From Octopus sinensis (lineage: Eukaryota): a DNA stretch of 64,000 bases. A program made the position numbers and the translations under genes. The stretch covers positions 125,922,001-125,986,000 of the forward strand of contig NC_043000.1 of NCBI RefSeq assembly GCF_006345805.1, written 5' to 3'. The notes below the pieces were generated by a model, which ran no database searches, was not told the DNA's origin, and worked only from the letters and a program-made list of their open reading frames with translations. Below, in pieces: positions 62,301-64,000 of this stretch; positions within the stretch are counted from its first letter, which is position 1; every line of letters starts with the position of its first letter.

Positions 62301-64000
62301 TGAAAGGAAATGATAGGAATCATTTTGAGTGGGGGCAGTTTTCTGTTTTCCTTACGAGAAGTAAAAATTATCATTTAATTCCTTTTTAGATAGGTTTTTT
62401 TTTTTTTCCTTGTTTTTAAGAATATTTTTGTTTAGCAATGAAGTCAGATGTTTTCTTGCTAATATTTTTATATGGGATCATTTGTGTCTTTAAAAAAAAA
62501 AATTAACATTCAATTTCCTCCGTAATTGTTGAGAGTTATTTAAGAGGTAATGGAGAGGAAGAAAGAACAAGAAAATGTTGTTTTGTAAGGGACATTTTAT
62601 CTTCTAATTCAAAGTTAAAAGAAAAAAAAGGTTTTTATTTTTTAAAATTTTAAAGGAGACGAGTGAGTCAGATATTAAAATGAAATAAATCTCTTGTGAA
62701 TCAAACTTTCTAAAATAAATCTAATAATGAACCGAATTAAAAGTGAAGGCAGTTAATACAATAATGATATTTGTAAGAGAAGAGAAATTTGCTGACAAAG
62801 AAAGATGCTATTTGCAGAACAATAAAATCCTGCTGTAGATATCTTTGATTATATTGGAGACCATTAATTAGATTCCCATCAATGATTTCTGCAATTCATC
62901 ATTAAAATGTATTTGGATGTTTTAACACTTGATAAAACGAACCTTCGGATTCTACCAGAATGATCAAGAAAGAGCTATTGGGTGGTAAGTCACAGCTCAA
63001 GTTCCACATCAGTGCCAGGAAAACAATGGCAAGATACAAACTATTCTCTCCATAAAGTAGTTGTCAATGAAGATGACTAATAAACGATGTGAGAGACAGA
63101 CATTTGAATATTGCCGATGGCAAATCAAGTTCAAATATTAGTTATAATTAAATGACATGCATAGAGAACTAAGGACATTGTATACAGCTACTTACAAATC
63201 CTGGCTATGGGAGGTCAGTATTCAAGTTTTTACAGTAGTTAATTAGTCAATTAACGGTTGATATCATAGATTCTAATATGAATTACAGCAGTTGCCATGG
63301 AGTTGTATTTTTCTTTTTAAATACGTTGTGGCTTTAGAGGTTAGCAGCCATTTGTTGATTATAGGTTTTATATTTTTAGACAAAGCGGCGTGCGTCTGTG
63401 TTCATGCATGCATGTATGTGTGTTTGTGTACATACGTGTGAGATGCTGAATTGTATCTCTTTGCTCTGCTATGAAAACCAATCACATCTTAAATCTCATA
63501 TCCAGCTTGAAATTGGTATTTGAATTCAATTTAGAACCAATTTGTTTGTTCATTAAATCCATGCCTACAAGACATTTTGAGAATTTTTCTCATAGATACT
63601 GCTGTCACTTCAAAGTTAATTTGATCAGCTTCTATTGAATTCATACTGTTTCTTGTTTCTCACCTATCTCAGATTAAACAAGCTTTCACTGAGATCATGC
63701 CAGATATCTAGATATATGTTTGTGTATGTATGTATGTATCTTCTACAATTTACCAAGTAAGCTAAAAGTTAAGTATTAATAGATTATAATCGCAACTTTC
63801 AAAGGAAAAAGATACTTGACTTTGTAAACATTGTGTATCAACCACATCTTATAATTGAAGCACTTCACACTATCATTAATATTGAATATTGCCTTCATTC
63901 AGTTTTTCTATTTTTGCACATTGTCCTTGGGTCAAAAAGGAGTTATTTTGAATTAGATGAGGTTTAAGACTTAGTTTCACTTGAAGAGATCATTAGTGAA

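Noticed and set aside
62959-62984. Exon ending in a perfect GTAAGT donor (MIKKELLG)
   Set aside because: It is 26 nt and frame-shifting, has no pyrimidine tract, and its phase is incompatible with the kinesin chain.

Overview
This is AT-rich, repeat-dense eukaryotic DNA whose SINE repertoire and microsatellite load look like an octopod (Octopus-type) genome. That attribution is inferred and the species cannot be fixed from this window. The whole 64 kb appears to lie inside one + strand kinesin-3 gene of the KIF13A/KIF13B (Drosophila Khc-73) type. Four coding exons (26051-26187, 43529-43638, 46167-46313, 50550-50727; 572 nt, <1% of the window) have canonical AG/GT ends and matching phases (0-2, 2-1, 1-1, 1-2). 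They splice into one open frame encoding the FHA domain and the coiled coils that follow it. The rest is intron (>26 kb, 17.3 kb, 2.5 kb, 4.2 kb, >13 kb). The introns are filled with several tRNA-derived SINE families, 5'-truncated CR1 and RTE LINEs, an internally deleted mariner nested in an older Tc1-like MITE, hAT-, piggyBac- and Helentron-type non-autonomous elements, and microsatellites. Almost all ORFs in the supplied track are spurious repeat or microsatellite ORFs. I see no clear new biological system. The best leads are candidate in-frame microexons of the kinesin (12 nt at 57535-57546; 6 nt at 33585-33590), degraded hammerhead-ribozyme-like motifs (21672-21735, 44914-44956), long intronic hairpins (15195-15364, 40416-40494) and modular or nested transposon structures. 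Family names are recalled from known consensus motifs, not from a database search. SINE and LINE boundaries are approximate (about +/-10-20 bp).
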